A stretch of 64,000 bases of DNA from Daphnia carinata. Its lineage: Eukaryota. The DNA lies in assembly GCF_022539665.2 (NCBI RefSeq), contig NC_081333.1:6944001-7008000 (forward strand), in the 5' to 3' direction. The translations under genes were made by a program, and so were the position numbers. Of this stretch, positions 14,201 through 30,100 are shown one piece after another. Under the pieces are notes generated by a model that had not been told where the DNA came from, made no database searches, and saw nothing but the letters and a program-made list of their open reading frames with translations. Every line of letters starts with the position of its first letter. Positions within the stretch are counted from its first letter, which is position 1.

Positions 14201-17200
14201 TATTTGAAGACGTTGAAGGTATAGGAAGGGGACGAGCAGCCGGCCTTCTCTGCGTTTTATAGATCGTGCGCTACCGGTTAACCTGGACAACCGCATAAGG
14301 GTTAGTATAAGGACGCACTCAAATAACTGATTACATCTGTAAATCAACTATTGTTGGTGGGGACTATACCAACTCTTCTGAACTGTTTCCTTTGTCCGTC
14401 TTTCGCCCGAAGACATAGTTCAGATTTTATTTGACAAGTTTTTTAATATGTTGATTTTACGGTTAATTCAAGTTATTGCTTTTTTATTATTATTATTGGA
14501 ATCTGTTTGCGGTATTTGGGTTTCTTTTGTTAGGCTGCGGGGAATGGGCAAAGTTAGTTAAAAGATAAAAGGAATTGCAAAATGTTGCTGGATTTCATTG
14601 GAAGCGGAGCTGTGATCTGTGTGATTAAATATTTAAACGTCGTAAAGTAATGTTACGGTGTTGCCGGACGGGCATCAAACACAGTTATGATGAGGAAAAT
14701 ATATACCGTATTCTGAACTCGTAAATCTTCTCATTAAAGTATGACAGTCCCTAGAATTCGATTTACTCTGTCCCGTATTCCCTTGTGTACCCAGGGCAGT
14801 AATCGTGCGTGTTATGAGCAGTTCTCCTGGACGTTATTCAATCACGTGTTCAACACTCTAACCGTCCACGCTTATGTTGCAGTGTTTTGGATCTAGTAGT
14901 TTGTATCAACGCAATTAATTCAACGTGTTGTGCCAAGCGCGTTGCTTTGTAGGTGGCAGAAACTCACAGGTTATACATTTTGCTCTTAATTAGTAAAAGA
15001 AAATAGTGGAATGACTTCGTTACGTAGTCTACAGCCTTTGAAATTGCCGTACCGGTTAAACTGAGCAATGGTATTGATGTCACTTATCACAAGCTGACGT
15101 AATGAACTTTTGGTGTGTAAAATTTCGTGCTGCTGTCACCTAAGCAAAACTTTTATTTGCTCATTTGTTTGATTGCTTGTTCTTCGTATTCGTTCCTAAC
15201 GAGCTGTGCGTATTCTAAACAGCATCGAGGCTTTTGGGGCCGTAATGTGTGTCGATCAAGTTTTTCGTGATTTTTCTTTACTTTCCCTTGTCCGCTTCGA
15301 TTATTGAAGGAAGCTGCGTGCCAATATCCGATATGGATTTTCTTCGGTTTTGCAGTGTTTAGTTCCCTTCCAAATGTATCAATGCGGAGAAATAGAAAAC
15401 TGTTCAGAAAATCCTGTTTTAGTGATCGTAAACTGCCGGTAGACGATCGTGTCCGATACGGTGGCGTTTGGTAGTGGAACCGGGTTTGAAAATGGATGGT
15501 GATAGAAAGACATTCGAATTTAGATGTGCGCCATCACGCGTCCGTAAATCTAACGCCTCTTTGCCCTTTTTCACGCACCATCGTTCAGCGTCGCATACAA
15601 ACTGGATGCGGTGAACATAAAAGAAAACAATTTATTTCGATCGAATGTAATAGACTCGCTCTCGGATGCATTCCTTCCTCGCCATCTGATATTGTCGCGT
15701 TTTCCTATTTTCTGATATTGTGTACCGTTCCATCGCGCACGAAATAATATGCCACACAGGTATAGGTAGGCGGGTCGATGAAGACGCAGCGAATGTAGGC
15801 GCCATCTTTCTAAGCCTTCTGGACAAGAATACAACAAGCTAGCTTGATAGATGGCCAACGAGTATGGCGGCAAGGAGGAAATCTTTATAGCTTTCGGGAA
15901 TGATTGATCGCCTTGGAGCAGATGGATAAGCCTGTTGCCGGGGTGTATCATGTTTGCTTTTCCTCTTTTCTTCTAGCGCGTGCCACGTTCCCTACTTTTT
16001 TTTTTCTTTTACCGCCTTATGCTACAATCGATTTCGGTATACGCCTACGTGTATTCATCCCACAGACTTCAGGGACTTGCACTTTTTTTTTTAAATACCA
16101 ACAGAGGAAGGTATAACATCATTAAAAAGACAGGGTACATATCAAACACGCTTCTGTTGCTTTTCTATTGATTTTCTGTCAATTATTATCACGAAGTGCT
16201 ACATGTGAAGTGCAGGCTACATTGTTTTTCAAATGTCTTTGATACTTACCCGCTTTTCAACGTGTAATGCAATACCGTTTCTTTTATTTGTATGTTTTTT
16301 TTTTGTTTTGTTTTTATGTTTTTGCTTTGTACTACATTAAGTGGCGAAAGCAAGACTGGATGAATCAATATTTCCGCATGAGGAATGCTGAGCAAGCAAG
16401 TGGTGGAATATAATCAATGACTCCCGCCCGGCATTTCTCTGAGGGACGCTCAAGGAGAGTCGCGATGAAATGTCGTGACTTTGTGCGCGTAAGGAAGCGT
16501 TTGAACCTCGCGGGAAGTGATTGTGTGTCTACAATTTCTTTTCCCTTGGAGCGACCCGCGCTTCGTTTAATATTTTCTTGCAAAATTGTTGGCCGTTGAA
16601 ATAATTGGGAAGGGGTGGGGTTGCGGGTAGCGGTAAACGCTTTTGTCACCAATTTCAACTATCTGCATTTGAAGTCTATTGAAAATTAGGTTTTTCTTTT
16701 CGATAGCTGCATCAATTGAGATGCAAAGCCAGTTAGGATCTGTGTTACTGAATTCATCGATTTTGCGCGTGAATGGGAACCTAGTTCGTGATTCACGTGT
16801 TAACTTTTGACGGAGGCGATTCCTGGCGGCGAAAATGCGAGACCAACGCAAACGAAATTTGCACAATGCAAATATTTTTTGTCGCCCTTTTTTTTTCTTC
16901 TGGGTTTTGTGAACGCAGTGACTCAACCGCGTGTTCTGTATAACCTCATTTTATTGATTTATTTTTTTTTTCGCGCAATTCCAAAACTCTAGTTCGCACA
17001 GCTCGGGTTGTAGGCCAGCTGAAGGCAATGATAGAAGGCTATTTTGCATTCAGTAAGAAAATGTATTAATGATATAATGCGGTACGATCGATCTCGGCAG
17101 ACTCTTGAATCAAAAGTTAACGCCCAGCAAGTTTTTCTTATTACTATTACCGACGTTGTGTGTGCGACTCAGAAGCCATAGATACTCACAGTCCTAAAAT

Positions 17201-19909
17201 AATTGCAATCCCGGTCACATTCTTTCAGGTTGAAGGAAACGTGGAGAGAACATCTTTCATTTTTTGCCCGCACAACTCGTTTGATTTCCTTTTTTTTTTT
17301 TGACGAATGCTTGTGCATCTCATTAAAAAGGAAGTGAAGAACGTAAAAAGAGGAAACACTGCTACAAAACAAATTCAAGAGCCTTGGGATGATGGGGATC
17401 TTATTTCATCTATACGCTGGATGAAAAATCAGCTCTGGAATTGAAATCTGCTGGGAGGACGTATGCAAATACCTAACACTTTTATTTTGTTTCGTTTTTA
17501 GCCAAGAAAATTGGTGGGTAGATGGGAGTTTCGTTCTTTTTTCAGTGCATCCGCTTGTCTCCGTTTGAAATTCTAAGAATCACTAGTGGATTAGGGGAAT
17601 CATCTCCGGCCGTTGTGCTGCTGCTGGAACCGTATTAGTATTTGCACATCACTTAAGCTCAACATGCATACTGACTTTAGTTCAATTTTCAAAACAATTA
17701 GTAGCTACCGAGTTTGTGTTAAATTTGCATGTTTAATAAAAGATTGTGGGAGTCTGGAACAAATAATTTTTCGGAGACGATCTTTGTTCCTAAACGCACG
17801 GTATGGGTTAAACGATTTCTCGTCGACTATACTAACATGCGGTTTACGCAAAGACACGGGAAAAATCACTAAAGAAATGTTGCGTCGTCTCTTCATTTCA
17901 AGCGGTAACGACAATTGGATTGAGAGCTGTGCGGCTTGGTCCGCGTTGCGCGAAAGACATCGATCTCTGTTCTCGTTACAAGGTCTACACGGTGACATTA
18001 ACAGACTTTTAGGCTTCCGGGAGAATGTCAGGTGACGCAGCCACAGGCACAAAAAGGCTGGTTTTGATTTTTCTTTTTTTTTTTGTATTCTTTTCCTCGT
18101 AGCTCTTACTTTCTCACTTCCCTGATGCCATTGCACACGTAAAGTGATCGAGTTTGAGCCTAGCGTTAGACATCCTCTCTTCTTTTGATGCTCTTCATTC
18201 CTTTTGCCACTTGTTGAGACACGTATTTTTACGTTTCCATGACTGCCTGAAAAGAAAATCAACTGAGCCACCGTCGCTATGGAGTCCGACACGTCTCTGG
18301 AAGTTCACTTGGAAATGATGAATCGCCTGGATGTGATTTGTCGCCAAGACCTTCTTTCTATCAACCTTCGCTATTCTTTTTTTTTTTAACTATGCTCTCT
18401 AAGTTTATTTTATTTTATTTTTTTTTGTATCTCTGCCTACTTTCCTTTTTTTTCTCCTTATTTTAGCGTAGATCGTTTGCCAAACTGATCATTTATCTTG
18501 TATTGGAAACATCCGCTCATCTAGCGACTTCATATTTCTTTTCAGAAATCTATTGATGCCGCTATCATCACTGCTTTTTTTTTCCAATTTTTTCCCATGA
18601 TCTTCATTCTGTCGCCAGCATTGCTTATATCATAGCGTTCTCCATTTGCTGGCCCGTCTTGTGAAATAAATTAGCCGGCTACGCTTATACTATGACCGGC
18701 CCAGACATACTAAACAAGGCGCTAGCTTTTGTAGCGATGGGGATGGTTCCAAGTTGTAGAAGACAAAGAGTTATACATCACTGGGCCCTCTTCACTTTGT
18801 CTGCCCCCTTTCCCATCTACTAGCAGGACTGTCACTATTCAACCCTTCCTTCCTCTTTGCTCTCATTTCCCGGCGTGAGCAAAAGCCTATCGATCGTTTT
18901 AAGTGGGCAAACAATCAATTTGAGTACCTCGTTAATAACAAAGCTATAGGTGCAGAGTGTGTAGACGCTGGCTGAAAGGATAGCTTCCGTTTTGTTTTAC
19001 TCAAATCACCACGGCCTTCGAATGATATTTTATATTGTCGATCGGGAAACATTCGATCTTGTTATTGTTCGTCTTGCCAGAAGGTTTTAACTTGGAATTT
19101 TTCACAGACCTTTGAAGCTTCAACAAAACTAAATTTCATGCGACGTAACTTGCCTTTTCTATTTTGATCTTAAACGTAGGACACAGGAGGTTTTTTGAAA
19201 GGGGAATCTTTACCTGATGGTCAGAATGATGACGTAACGTAACGTCCAATTTTTACGTGTCAAATGCTGAGAGTGGCAGTAGCAAGTCTTTTGGCTTGTC
19301 GATATTTCATTGTTTTCATACCTCATCTCTGTACTACTATACAAGTTGCGAAATTTACCTTGACGACATGGGATTCAAAAAGACCCTTGCTGTAATAGCA
19401 ATTTTAAACTTTTGCTGTTTTGTGTAATGCTGCCATTGTTCTCAGTATAATGCGCTATTGAACATCTTTTCAAATCAATAGGTTATTGTTCGCGTGTAGA
19501 TACTTGATCGACACGCAGTCTCGTCACTTTGTGTACAATATTAATATCAATAAATAATCTTTCTCCTATTTTCATATTTTCTTTGTTTTAGACATTTCAT
19601 TTTCTCTCGCCACACATCACCACGTCTTTAGAATGGTTCCTCGCTATACAGTCCATAGTGCGCATGTCACTAACTACTTCTGCCGGCCGCTGCTGGCATC
19701 GCTTTGCTAGCGAGTGTTAGCGCTGCCGTCGCCCACTACCACACCGAAGCTCCGCATTGTGTATCCGAACCGTGGAAACCAACAATCTTTGACGACACCG
19801 ATATATACTCGGCGCGAACAGGACTGCTGCCTTTTAGTGCGCTGTGTGCCTGTACTCTGTGAAGTCGTAACGTTTATACGTCTCTTTGCGGACACAGTGC
19901 TACGTCACC

Positions 19910-22900
19910 ATGGAACATCATCACTTTCATTATAACCAGCAGCAGCATCACCACAGTCAACCGGAGCATGAGCTCGAGTTGGAAGAATGGCACCAACAGC
20001 TGGATCTGGAGCATCACATTCGCCACTGCCAGTGTTCGTGTAATCACATGGGCTACGGCAATTACTGGAGCTACAAGGTAGGAGGAAGAACATATTTAAT
20101 CAAATTTAGCGGTGGTGCAAATTTAAAAAAAAACTCGTATCGTGTTTCGTCGAATTCATGATGCAATAGTGGAACTGTCACGACCTGCAGTCGTTTTACG
20201 GTTCGCTGAAGGTGGGGGGGGGGGAGGAGGAAGAGATCTGCTAGGAGAATACAATTTTATTTGTTCTTGTGTCAGCTAAAGCCGACTGCGCCTGTCTTTC
20301 GCCAATCGAAACGCCAATCATTTTGGCACTGCAATCTTGATTTTTTCCCTCATGATTGTGTTGCTCACTTCGCCGTTTCGAAATGGCTGGGCTGTTGACG
20401 CCGTTGTCGTAACGCAGGACGGGTGGGGAAAGGGATATAATATATTATTACACACGGATGGGGACGAGGAATGAAGAGAAAGAGGTCTCTTGCACCGGAT
20501 GTTGACATGTTTTCCTGACGCCATCCGGCTTTTTAATATTCTCGTGATTGGTAGTTTTTATGTACACGAAGCGGATGGTTCCGACTGGATTTTTCATCGC
20601 TTGTTTACCATTTTGCTTATGGGAAAAACCCAAATTTGGATGACTCAAAAAGAGCTGATTAAAATTTCGTTTCCTTCTTTGGCCATATGATTTTCTATCT
20701 TCTGCTGGTCTTGCGCTGGAAAGCCCATCCTTTTTTTTTTTTTATTTCCTTCAACGTTGTGTATATCATCGCTAACTTTGTTTGAGCCAATAGCACAGCG
20801 AACTACGTTGACTGTGTCTATATGCCCAATATCAAATTCCTCCGTGGTGCATATCTCTTTCATAGTCATCAATGGCAATCCTCATCATCGGAGCTTCTTT
20901 GCGCCGTCTAGGTCTAGCCCAATATGGCAGCAGTATATACCCATGCACTGTGAGGCTGTATTCTGTAGCTAACACAAACATTTTCACTGTTGTTCTGGAG
21001 CAAAAGGCGAACGGAAGAAGCTTGGAAAGTCCGCTGGGATCAGCAGATTTTCGTTGACGTGGCTGGAAAGAGCTTTTCTTCGTGTATGATAAAACAGACG
21101 GCGAAGACCAGCAAAAAGAGAGCTGGGGGGGGGGGGGGGTAGAGGAGAGTGCGTCGAGAAAGAAAATTCAAAAGCACGCACGTTTCTTGCCAGTCGGATG
21201 CTGATGAAGAACATTGTATACAAGCTTACCAATTCTATTATTGACAGACTCGACATAGTCTCTTTGTTGAAACGTCTACCATTTCTTCTCTCAATGCTTA
21301 CGATTGAAAGTAGCTAGTTAAAAAAGTGGCTGTCCATGTTCCAAAAAAAAAAATGCGTGCAACATCGAAGACTTGTTTGCGTGTTAGCGTCATTTTCTCT
21401 ATCATCTAGTTAAAAACATACTACTTGCACTACAAGGAATAAATGTACTGACGGATGAGCGCGGATCTAGTGGTACTGATCTCACACGAAAGACGATAGT
21501 GGAATGGGGAAAGAAAGAGCGTAGACGGGCAAGAAAGAGCGTGTTGTTTTCCTGTTTGTGAAGGTTTTTACGTTAAAAAAAAAAAAAAAAAAAAGGGCTT
21601 TTCCACAAAAAATAATAAGCTGGAACTTTGTGTTGTTTTGTATCCGAGCGCTCCAATCTTTGTTAAACATACGCAACACCCTGTGCGCTTCGCTACAAGC
21701 ATCTGGTGCCGCGGCCACACACGCATTAGACAGTAATAATAGACGTAGATATACTTTGCGAGATTGATCGTCAAGATCATGCGGATCTTGTACTCCGAAG
21801 GTAATTGTTTGGTTATCGATCGCAACACAGTATCGTCGTTTGCCCATCTTGCCCGTCGTAGGCCCTTATTATACAGCCTTTTACATCGCAAAGGCTTGAG
21901 ACACTATGCGAAGCGAATAGCCCCGACTGCCTCGAAAATCCTGTATTTATACGGTAGGCTTAATGTCTTTCCTGACTCTTTATTTCTCCTGTGTTTAGTT
22001 GTTTCTCTTTACTGTCCTAAAGGTTCTACCACAACCAGTGTCCCAACGCAATAAAAAAAGTGAGGTTTGATGCGCTCATCTCTGCGCATCAATCTCCTGG
22101 CTGTAAAAGACGGAAGGCCGGATAGGCTTTCCACCTGGGTTATAGCTTTTCTTTTCTTTTTTTTTTTCGTGGTTGGATTCGTATTTGGTGGGATGAAAAT
22201 AAGACAACCAGAAATAGGGGTCTCTAGTCACTTTATGGCAATCTGCGTAGGCGCGCTTGTATGAATTTTTCATTTGAATTCTATCTGTGTAAAATAAGAT
22301 GGCGACCTACCTTTTATTTCGCTTTGCATCGACTGCTGATGGGAAGGCTACATTCAAATCGTCCAATGTTCACGGTGAATTGGCACAGAACGCGGAACCG
22401 CAGATCAAACGGATGATATCGATTTATTCTCGCTCGCTGTCTGAATTGAAATGTCTCTTTTTGTGTGTCAATCGAACAGTGCCGTGTCTGTTTATTCATC
22501 GGTAGAGACCTTCCAATATGAACTGTCTAAGGAAAGTTCTGCATTGGTCGCGTACCCAACGCTGTACCGCTGGATATGAATATAAAGTTTCCAATGAAGT
22601 CGGCTGCCGTGTTTGTTCAACCCTCCCACCGTGTTGTAAAGTCGTCGAATTGAATCTGAAAATGAAGAGCGTTTATTGCATTTTTTTGAGTTGTCCTTTT
22701 TATTGATGTTAGTCATGTATCGCTATTGCCATCGTTAAGCCTTTTCCAGATTAGCGTCTCATTCTTCTTTAAATGTTTCATTTGATTCGATCGTCACTTT
22801 TGAGACGTTCAGAATGTTTATCGAATATCTCATATCGACAATTTTTGCAGTCAACGTAAATGGTCGGTCTTTTAGATTTCATATCATCGTGCTGTGCATA

Positions 22901-25900
22901 GCAACAGATTTAATGAAACCTTGTCTGCAGCGTTGGACTAACATACATCAAATGGCTGCCGCAGACTTTCAATCCCTTTCAATATTCAAACTACTTTTAA
23001 GTTTGACACTTAAACATTGCGGACGTTTGAGATGTTATTTCCTGCTGCAAGCGATGTTCTCATTTACACTGACATGCCGAGTTTTCGACGAATGTTGGAG
23101 ACAGTTACAATTACCGCCTTTCTCTCTTTCCCACTTTTTTTTTTTTCATTCGTTCACGCTTGACACAAAGCCGTCACGCAAAGGACGTGAAAACCCTAGC
23201 CCGCTTTAAACTGCATTTCCGTTTCTGCTCGTCCACACGTCAGACGTGAAAGTCAACAGTGCAATCAAAACTGAATTAAGCTTTGAATTATTTCTTTCGT
23301 TTTCTGCGCTGCCTATTCGCCTCTTTGTCTAGATCTGTCATGCGTCCATTATTTTAGTGTGTGTGACCTCAAATTGATTCTATTATCTACGGTCTATGCG
23401 TATTTATATGTTTACATTTGAAACGATTTGTTTTTCCGATTTTTCATTTCTCTCTCTTTCATTTCTTCATCACCAACAGCCATGGTGATTTCAAATAATT
23501 TAGTTACTTTCATCGGCTTCGTTATTGAAAGAAAACATTTGGGAATCCTTTAGGGTTTGTGATAGCTCTTTCGGAAAAAGGCTGACGGGCAGAAATGAAT
23601 ATGCGGAATGTTTGCATGTGCACGAATCCGTGTCAAATGAACGTCGATCATGCTTGTAAGAAGATGACTATTGGTCGAGCGAAAGAAAAAAAATGAAAAT
23701 CTAAAGGAAAGTTGTATTTAACGAGATGGCAAAGAAGCTTTGAATAGGACGGCCGCAATAGCGGGCAGCGGAAAAAAAGAGATGCAACCAATCTTGTTGA
23801 GGGGGTTTCTATATTTGCTGCCGACGGAATCGATCGGCTCACACACGCATCAGTCGGAATCGGGGAAGGAACTCGGTACATGTAAATCATATGTGAAATG
23901 GAAGGGAAACCGACTAGTATTGTCGGTGGTTTTTTTTTTTTTTTAAGACGTGGACAAAAGAATGAAAAAGGACTCTTTTTATTTTTTTGGAGGGGTTTCC
24001 AATTTGTTTCTTAAGCTTCTAGGCTTTGAACTTTTCCTTTTATTGCAGGCGCTGAAATACGCCATTCTTTGTAGTCGGACGAAGTTTTGCGACAATCCAG
24101 CTAATAATTCCTCGGAGGCAGCAATCAATCAAACATTCTTGATTCATCTTTTTCCTTTTTTTTTTCCGGCATTTAGTTCCTTCTTTTGTGGGAAGAACAA
24201 GAAAGCGATCGACGGCAGTAGGGCGTCAGTTGCCAGCTAATGCCTTTTCCTTGAGTGGAATGAAACGAAAAGAAACAGAGAGAGAGATCCGCTTTTGCTT
24301 TTCTCTAAAATTATAGATTGCTACACTGTAACGTGGAAGATGTCAGCAGCAGTATGCTGAAGGCTAAAATCCCCCTTTTTTTGTTGTGTATCGATTTTTC
24401 ATTGCTGATTCTTTTGTGATGCACCACGATCAGGAAGTCCAATTCTTTGAACAATTTTAAATGTGTTGCGGTCGTGTCTCCTGCATTTCAACTTTGTCTT
24501 ATATGTTTCATGTGTTGGATTTTTACTGGTGTTTGTCCGTCTCGTGTTGATCAAACGAAGCGGATACGTTAGACTAACGTTTAAAAGTGTCCAACCATAC
24601 CATGACGTGATGAGGCATTGCGTGACTTTTCCGGCCAATCAGCCAGTATTGTATCGGCCCGTGTGTCAACATCATTGTGTACAATATATAGCACTGTGAT
24701 TGGCTCGTACAAAGGCTGTTTTTAGCACCTTATAAACAAGCTCATAAAGTAAACCCCCAAAGCACATGAAAGTTCTGGGAAGTTTGACGGAGGGGGTCCT
24801 TCAATCTCCTTTTGATCGCTGACCACTAGATCGATCGATCCCGTCGCATTTTCGCTGCAAACGACGTTGGCGTTCCGGGTCTTTTTGTTTGATTACTTTC
24901 TATAATCATTGATTACTATCGTCTCGTCTGGAAAACATATAATCTTGATCCGAATTATTGGAAGTGTGGGAGATCTCTTATTTTTTGTATTGGGATTGAC
25001 GAATTCCCGTACCAATAACTTGACGTTTAATAACTGACGTGTTTTTTTTTCGGGCTGAAAGTTAGATCGTTGTCCATCATTTTGATTTTACTTCAGAGTA
25101 AATATCTTAACACGCTTCTTAGCTTAGTGATTATGGTAATTTAATTCGGTAATGGTGGCGTGAACTGTCTGGTGCTACAAATTGGTTGAAAATCGATCCA
25201 ACGGCAAATGCTCAACACTGAAATCGCTTCTCGCTTCTGACTCCATTGTAATCGTATTACTTATACTGTGACGCTATCAGTCTAGACGGAAGATAAGTTT
25301 CCTGGCTTTTGCTTAATGCTTAATCATCTCTATCAATCTGAAGACCACTCGTCCCAGTAAATACCAATTTCTCGACGTGGCGACCGGAAAAGTGAACAAT
25401 TTTCGGTATTAGTGGCAATCTTAACCCCAGAGATTCGCCATTTGTTCTCATTTGACCACTTTTCGTCAAGACCTTTGATTGAATTCGTTCCACACGACCC
25501 GTATAGCCACGTTTTGCGTCGGACATTTACATCCATCGTTCGTCTTTCGATGTGAGACTATTTGGAATTGAAGTTGATCGACTCTTGGGCGTCTACATTG
25601 AACAACTTGAACGCACATTAATTGATCCACGTCCGTTCGTTTGTTGTCAAGTATCTTATGATTTTAACGAGGGTGCCGTTTTATTTGCCTTCCTTCGTCT
25701 TTTATTTCTGTTTGAGATACAGTTGATGACTTGTTACCAAGCGATGGGCTTTGGACACGGTCGAATGAAACGGCGTTCGAAAAGATAGTAACGTCAATGG
25801 CCTTTTGTCCTTCGGAATCATTCGAGCAAATGCGAAAGAGATTGTCTTTAGGCTGGACCAGTTTTTCGGACAAGTTTGATTGAACGCTGCTCTTTGTAGG

Positions 25901-27080
25901 GCTTCTTATCTTCGTCCAGTGGAAAGCCGTGCAGATAGCGATAGGACAGCGTCGATTTTTCTGGCCACTCTCTTTGACGTGGACTAACAATCATGGCGGA
26001 GAGATTGTTACAATTTGTGCAAAGTGCTAAATATCATCGGGGAAACTGTTACCCAGGAATTGAAGGAGCTTCATTACAAAGTCCAGTCTAGGTAATGGAC
26101 ATTGCCATAGACTCCCAGTCAAATGATGAAGGCCAAGAGTTACCCTCGACTTAATTAGAGTGTTGACGAATCCGCCTGTTTTCATTAAGGGTCCACTTGC
26201 AAGAAATGTTAGCCTGTCGTGCAAGGTATCACGAAATTTCCTTTTTCTCGCCAAAGAAAAGAAACGCAAGGCACAGCGAATAGAAAAATAAAAACATCAG
26301 TTTTCGGAGCAACTCGTTTGTGTATTCCGCACGCTTCGTTTTGTTGCGTTTGTTTTTTTAATCCCGTCATCGTGACTTTTTGTTGTGCAACTTATCGATT
26401 CAAGTCGCGCGCCAGTTATTTCAGCCCCCGTCTTTATTTAACCATTTGCGTGCATGGATGATAAGACAGCTATGAAAGTCTACGAGATTCGAATGAGAAT
26501 TTCTAGCTGGATCTGATAGCTTTGATGTCTTTGTCTTTTTCGTTATCTGCAAGAAACATAAGTCTTTCCATTGGCCTTTCTACAGCCCACCACCCCATGA
26601 CGGCGTATTTTTCTAACCTAACTTCAATTGCCAATACAAACATCTTTAATACGGTAGCTGAATATGTATTTCGAAAATTGTGTCATTATCTCCTATTATT
26701 ATTTTTTTTGCTATGTACCCTTAAAGAAAGTCAGGCAAAAAAAAAATAGAGACAATAAGATAAGAAAGCCAAAAATACGGAAAGGGGACAGACTTAAGAG
26801 ACGACGAATCGACTGAAGGAATTTGGCCCGCTGCTAAGGAAGGGGGAGGGCACCGTTCCTTGCTGGAGAGCGGCCCACAGCCAGCAGTGGATAAGAGAAA
26901 TACATACAAGAATCATTGAATAGTTACAAGTTTCTACATGCCCCCCAAGTAACTGATATCAAATCATATCCCGTGCCAAAGAGCCTATCGGAAGAATTTT
27001 GAACGACAATGCAAGCCGGATGACGTGACACCCGCAGCGAATGTTTATTTCTTTTCCCTTCCGTTCGAAGAAGAAAAATA

Positions 27081-27122
<42 letters not shown>

Positions 27123-30100
27123 AAGAAAGCCATCAGTAAAAGCGTAGTGGTGTTTATTTAATCAACAAACTGGGTACCAGCGTTACAACAGCTACCTAGT
27201 GGGCACTGACGACCGCACGCGCCAGGCAAAAGAAAAATAATGACGACTGCGTTCGTTCAGATTCTTCACTTTGCCTCCCCCGCGTTGTACTTGACCCGTT
27301 AGTGTCATCATTTCCGGTGGCTGCGCTTGTCAAATAGTGCACGTCTCTACGTTGTCGCATATTTTATCTCAACGCAATTTCAAGACGTCCACGTTTGCAG
27401 TCGACAAATAACAAGGAAATCTACAGTCAGGAAAATGGACGCGCTACTCGACGAGAATCGATAAAGATATGCAAAGTAGATCAGGTTCCCAATCTGTCGG
27501 CATTATGTACCGCCATAGCAACACGCTTAATATCAATTTATGAAACTAAAAACAATTCAGATCCACTCTTTTTTTTTTTCACGAAAAATTGAATGCAGCT
27601 TCTCTCTTCTATCGAATCATCAAGGCGAAAGGAAATAACAAGCGTCCGGGTGTATCCCCGAATTCGTATGTAATTGAAAATTAGGCAAATCTCAGTTTGG
27701 AGGGATGATTAGAATTATGGGAGAACAATCGATTTTTTGTTTTATGATTATTCGATTGCGTTACGAGGAGCAGACGTGAGTCACAATGCGCCATGCAGCA
27801 CCGGGAGCCATCGAAAAATAGTACTGAATTGCATCATTGGTTTTTGGTTCGATCCAATTCTTGTTTTTTTCTTTTTTTGTGATGCAGCTGCCGTGCGCAA
27901 ACAACGCTCGGCCTGCTAGGCTTGCCGTGAGCTGTGCCTTAACAAAAAAAAAATCAGGGTGAGACAAAAAAAAAAAAAAAAAAGCTCCTTTTTCTCTTTT
28001 TATAAAGCATGCATCCTGCCCCCACCCTTTTATAATGATGACGTTGATAGGATTGTTTGTGTGTGACGCAAAAGAAGAGAGAATAGCATGCATATATACA
28101 AACGAGACTTTTGAAAAAGAAGAACGCCATGAAAGAGTGTGTGGAGTGGTCCCATCGCGGTTTGCTATCGGCAAAGAAGTTTCGCTAGCTAAAATAAAAT
28201 TAAAAAAAAAAAAAAAAAAAAGAGCTAAGGGCGTGTGGGTCTGGCTGGCACAACAGCTGCCCTGCTTCATATGAACAATTCACGAATAAAAGAAGACGGC
28301 GACTCCAGCTGTGAAAAAAAGTCAAGATGGGATCTCTTCTCGCATGAAAAGGTTCCACCTGATCACAGAGCGAAGACTACGCAAAATGAAATTCTGTTCG
28401 CCAATATCGAGGGGACGAGATTCTTTTGTTTGTTTTTTAAAACCTGGGTTTTTTTTTTCATTCAATGTAAATCATCGTGTCAATGGAGACAGTCGAGCGC
28501 TGTGATGAAAGATCCACAATTTCGTTGTATTTTTTTGTTGTTTTTGATTCGGAGAAATTGAATGAAATGCCGTGTAATTATCGCTTGATGATTTATGGCT
28601 CGTTCATCCACTTTCAATTACAGGTTTTAACAGTTCGAATACTATGCACCGCGTTTTAATTAATTGACTTTCGAGTATAGACGTGATTTTTCTTTTTACC
28701 TTTGTGACATTGCCGAGTATCATACAAAGTGGAATAGCTTACGCACTCGACATTTTTGTTTTTGAATATTTTCCATTATAAGAAGGAAATGATTGGTTTC
28801 CTTACATCATTCTTACCACCTTCATTTTCTTTCTCTATAATCTAGTTTCAAAATGTTCACATCCCGAGAACTCTCTCGTTCCGTAGCACTTCTTCCCTAA
28901 TGGGGCCACACTTTCAGAACTTTTTGTTGAAGTAGATCTACATTACGCTGAGTAGAAGATGCAGTTCCAAAGTGACAGAGAACGTCCTGAGTTTTTTGTT
29001 TGTTTTTTTACACCTAGTCAACCGGACTGTAACTCTTCACAGCTGGGCCATGCTGGACATTTCGTATTCTTTGCTTTTCTCCCTAGAAAGAAAAGTTATC
29101 GAAGTCTTTTAAGAGCGACGAGGCTACACGTATTTTAGCAGAAAGCGGATAAAAAAAAGAAATCGGTCCTCTAAAGACTTGACAAGTGCGTTGGCACTTT
29201 GCTCTTGTCACTCTATTTGAATGGGGCTCTCTGCTGTGTCGTGGACTGGGGGCGCTTCTTCAAAGGTAAATAGGCACCCCGTCCTCGTTCATGGTGCACT
29301 GTAGTTTTAACAAAGGCGAGCTAAAAAGGAAAAGTATGCCAAACAGTACAGTCGGCTGGAACATGCCCTGCGGGAGAACGGATGGAAATGGAGAGAGCTG
29401 TTATTTTCCTTATATTATTCCTTGCGTGTTTTTCTGTTTTGATTACCAGCGTTGCTCGTCCGGTCCCTGTTCCCTTTTCAAAACTCTTTTCACGAGCAGC
29501 TGTGATGGCTCAACCCAGCGGTGGTAGGGTATTGTGTCTACAAATCATGTCCCGTGTTCTCTGCTGGGACGTTCGTCTCTGCCTATTTTTCTTTTTTCTA
29601 CATCTGAGTTGTGGCATCTTTGTTTGAAGTAGGCGAACAAGAACGGCTGGTTTTCTAGTAGGACGGTTTACGATTTGCTTTGTTGAATAGTAATGTAGAC
29701 ATATTGCATAATATCATAAGGCTTATTTTTTTTTCTTTCTAGATTATATTTGCATTTCTTAACCTCAGCAACCGTTGACGTAACACCAACAATTGTTTGC
29801 TTTCAGTATTTGACGTTTCATTTTTTAACTAGCTATGACAGTGGGTGTTAGGATCGGTGATTTTTCAGTTTGGGTCAATAACTTTGGACACAAAAAGCCG
29901 TTTTTTGATGTAACTGAATATCGTTTAAGCTAAAGCTCACCAACGATTGTTAACGTTTTATCTATCCGTTCTAGCCACACCCAATGCGAAATTGCATAGA
30001 GGTAGTCCTTAAGTTTCTAACGCCTTTTCATAACCGAATTAGACCCAATAGGCTTCTCTATTTGTATAATCCAAACTTAAGACGGTCAGTTTCTTCTTTT

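Noticed and set aside
25552..26091. Possible extra exon or nested gene in dipeptidase intron 1
   Set aside because: The ORFs are short, the ATG frame ends in TAG right at the candidate donor, and the other frames are phase-incompatible with exon 30690.
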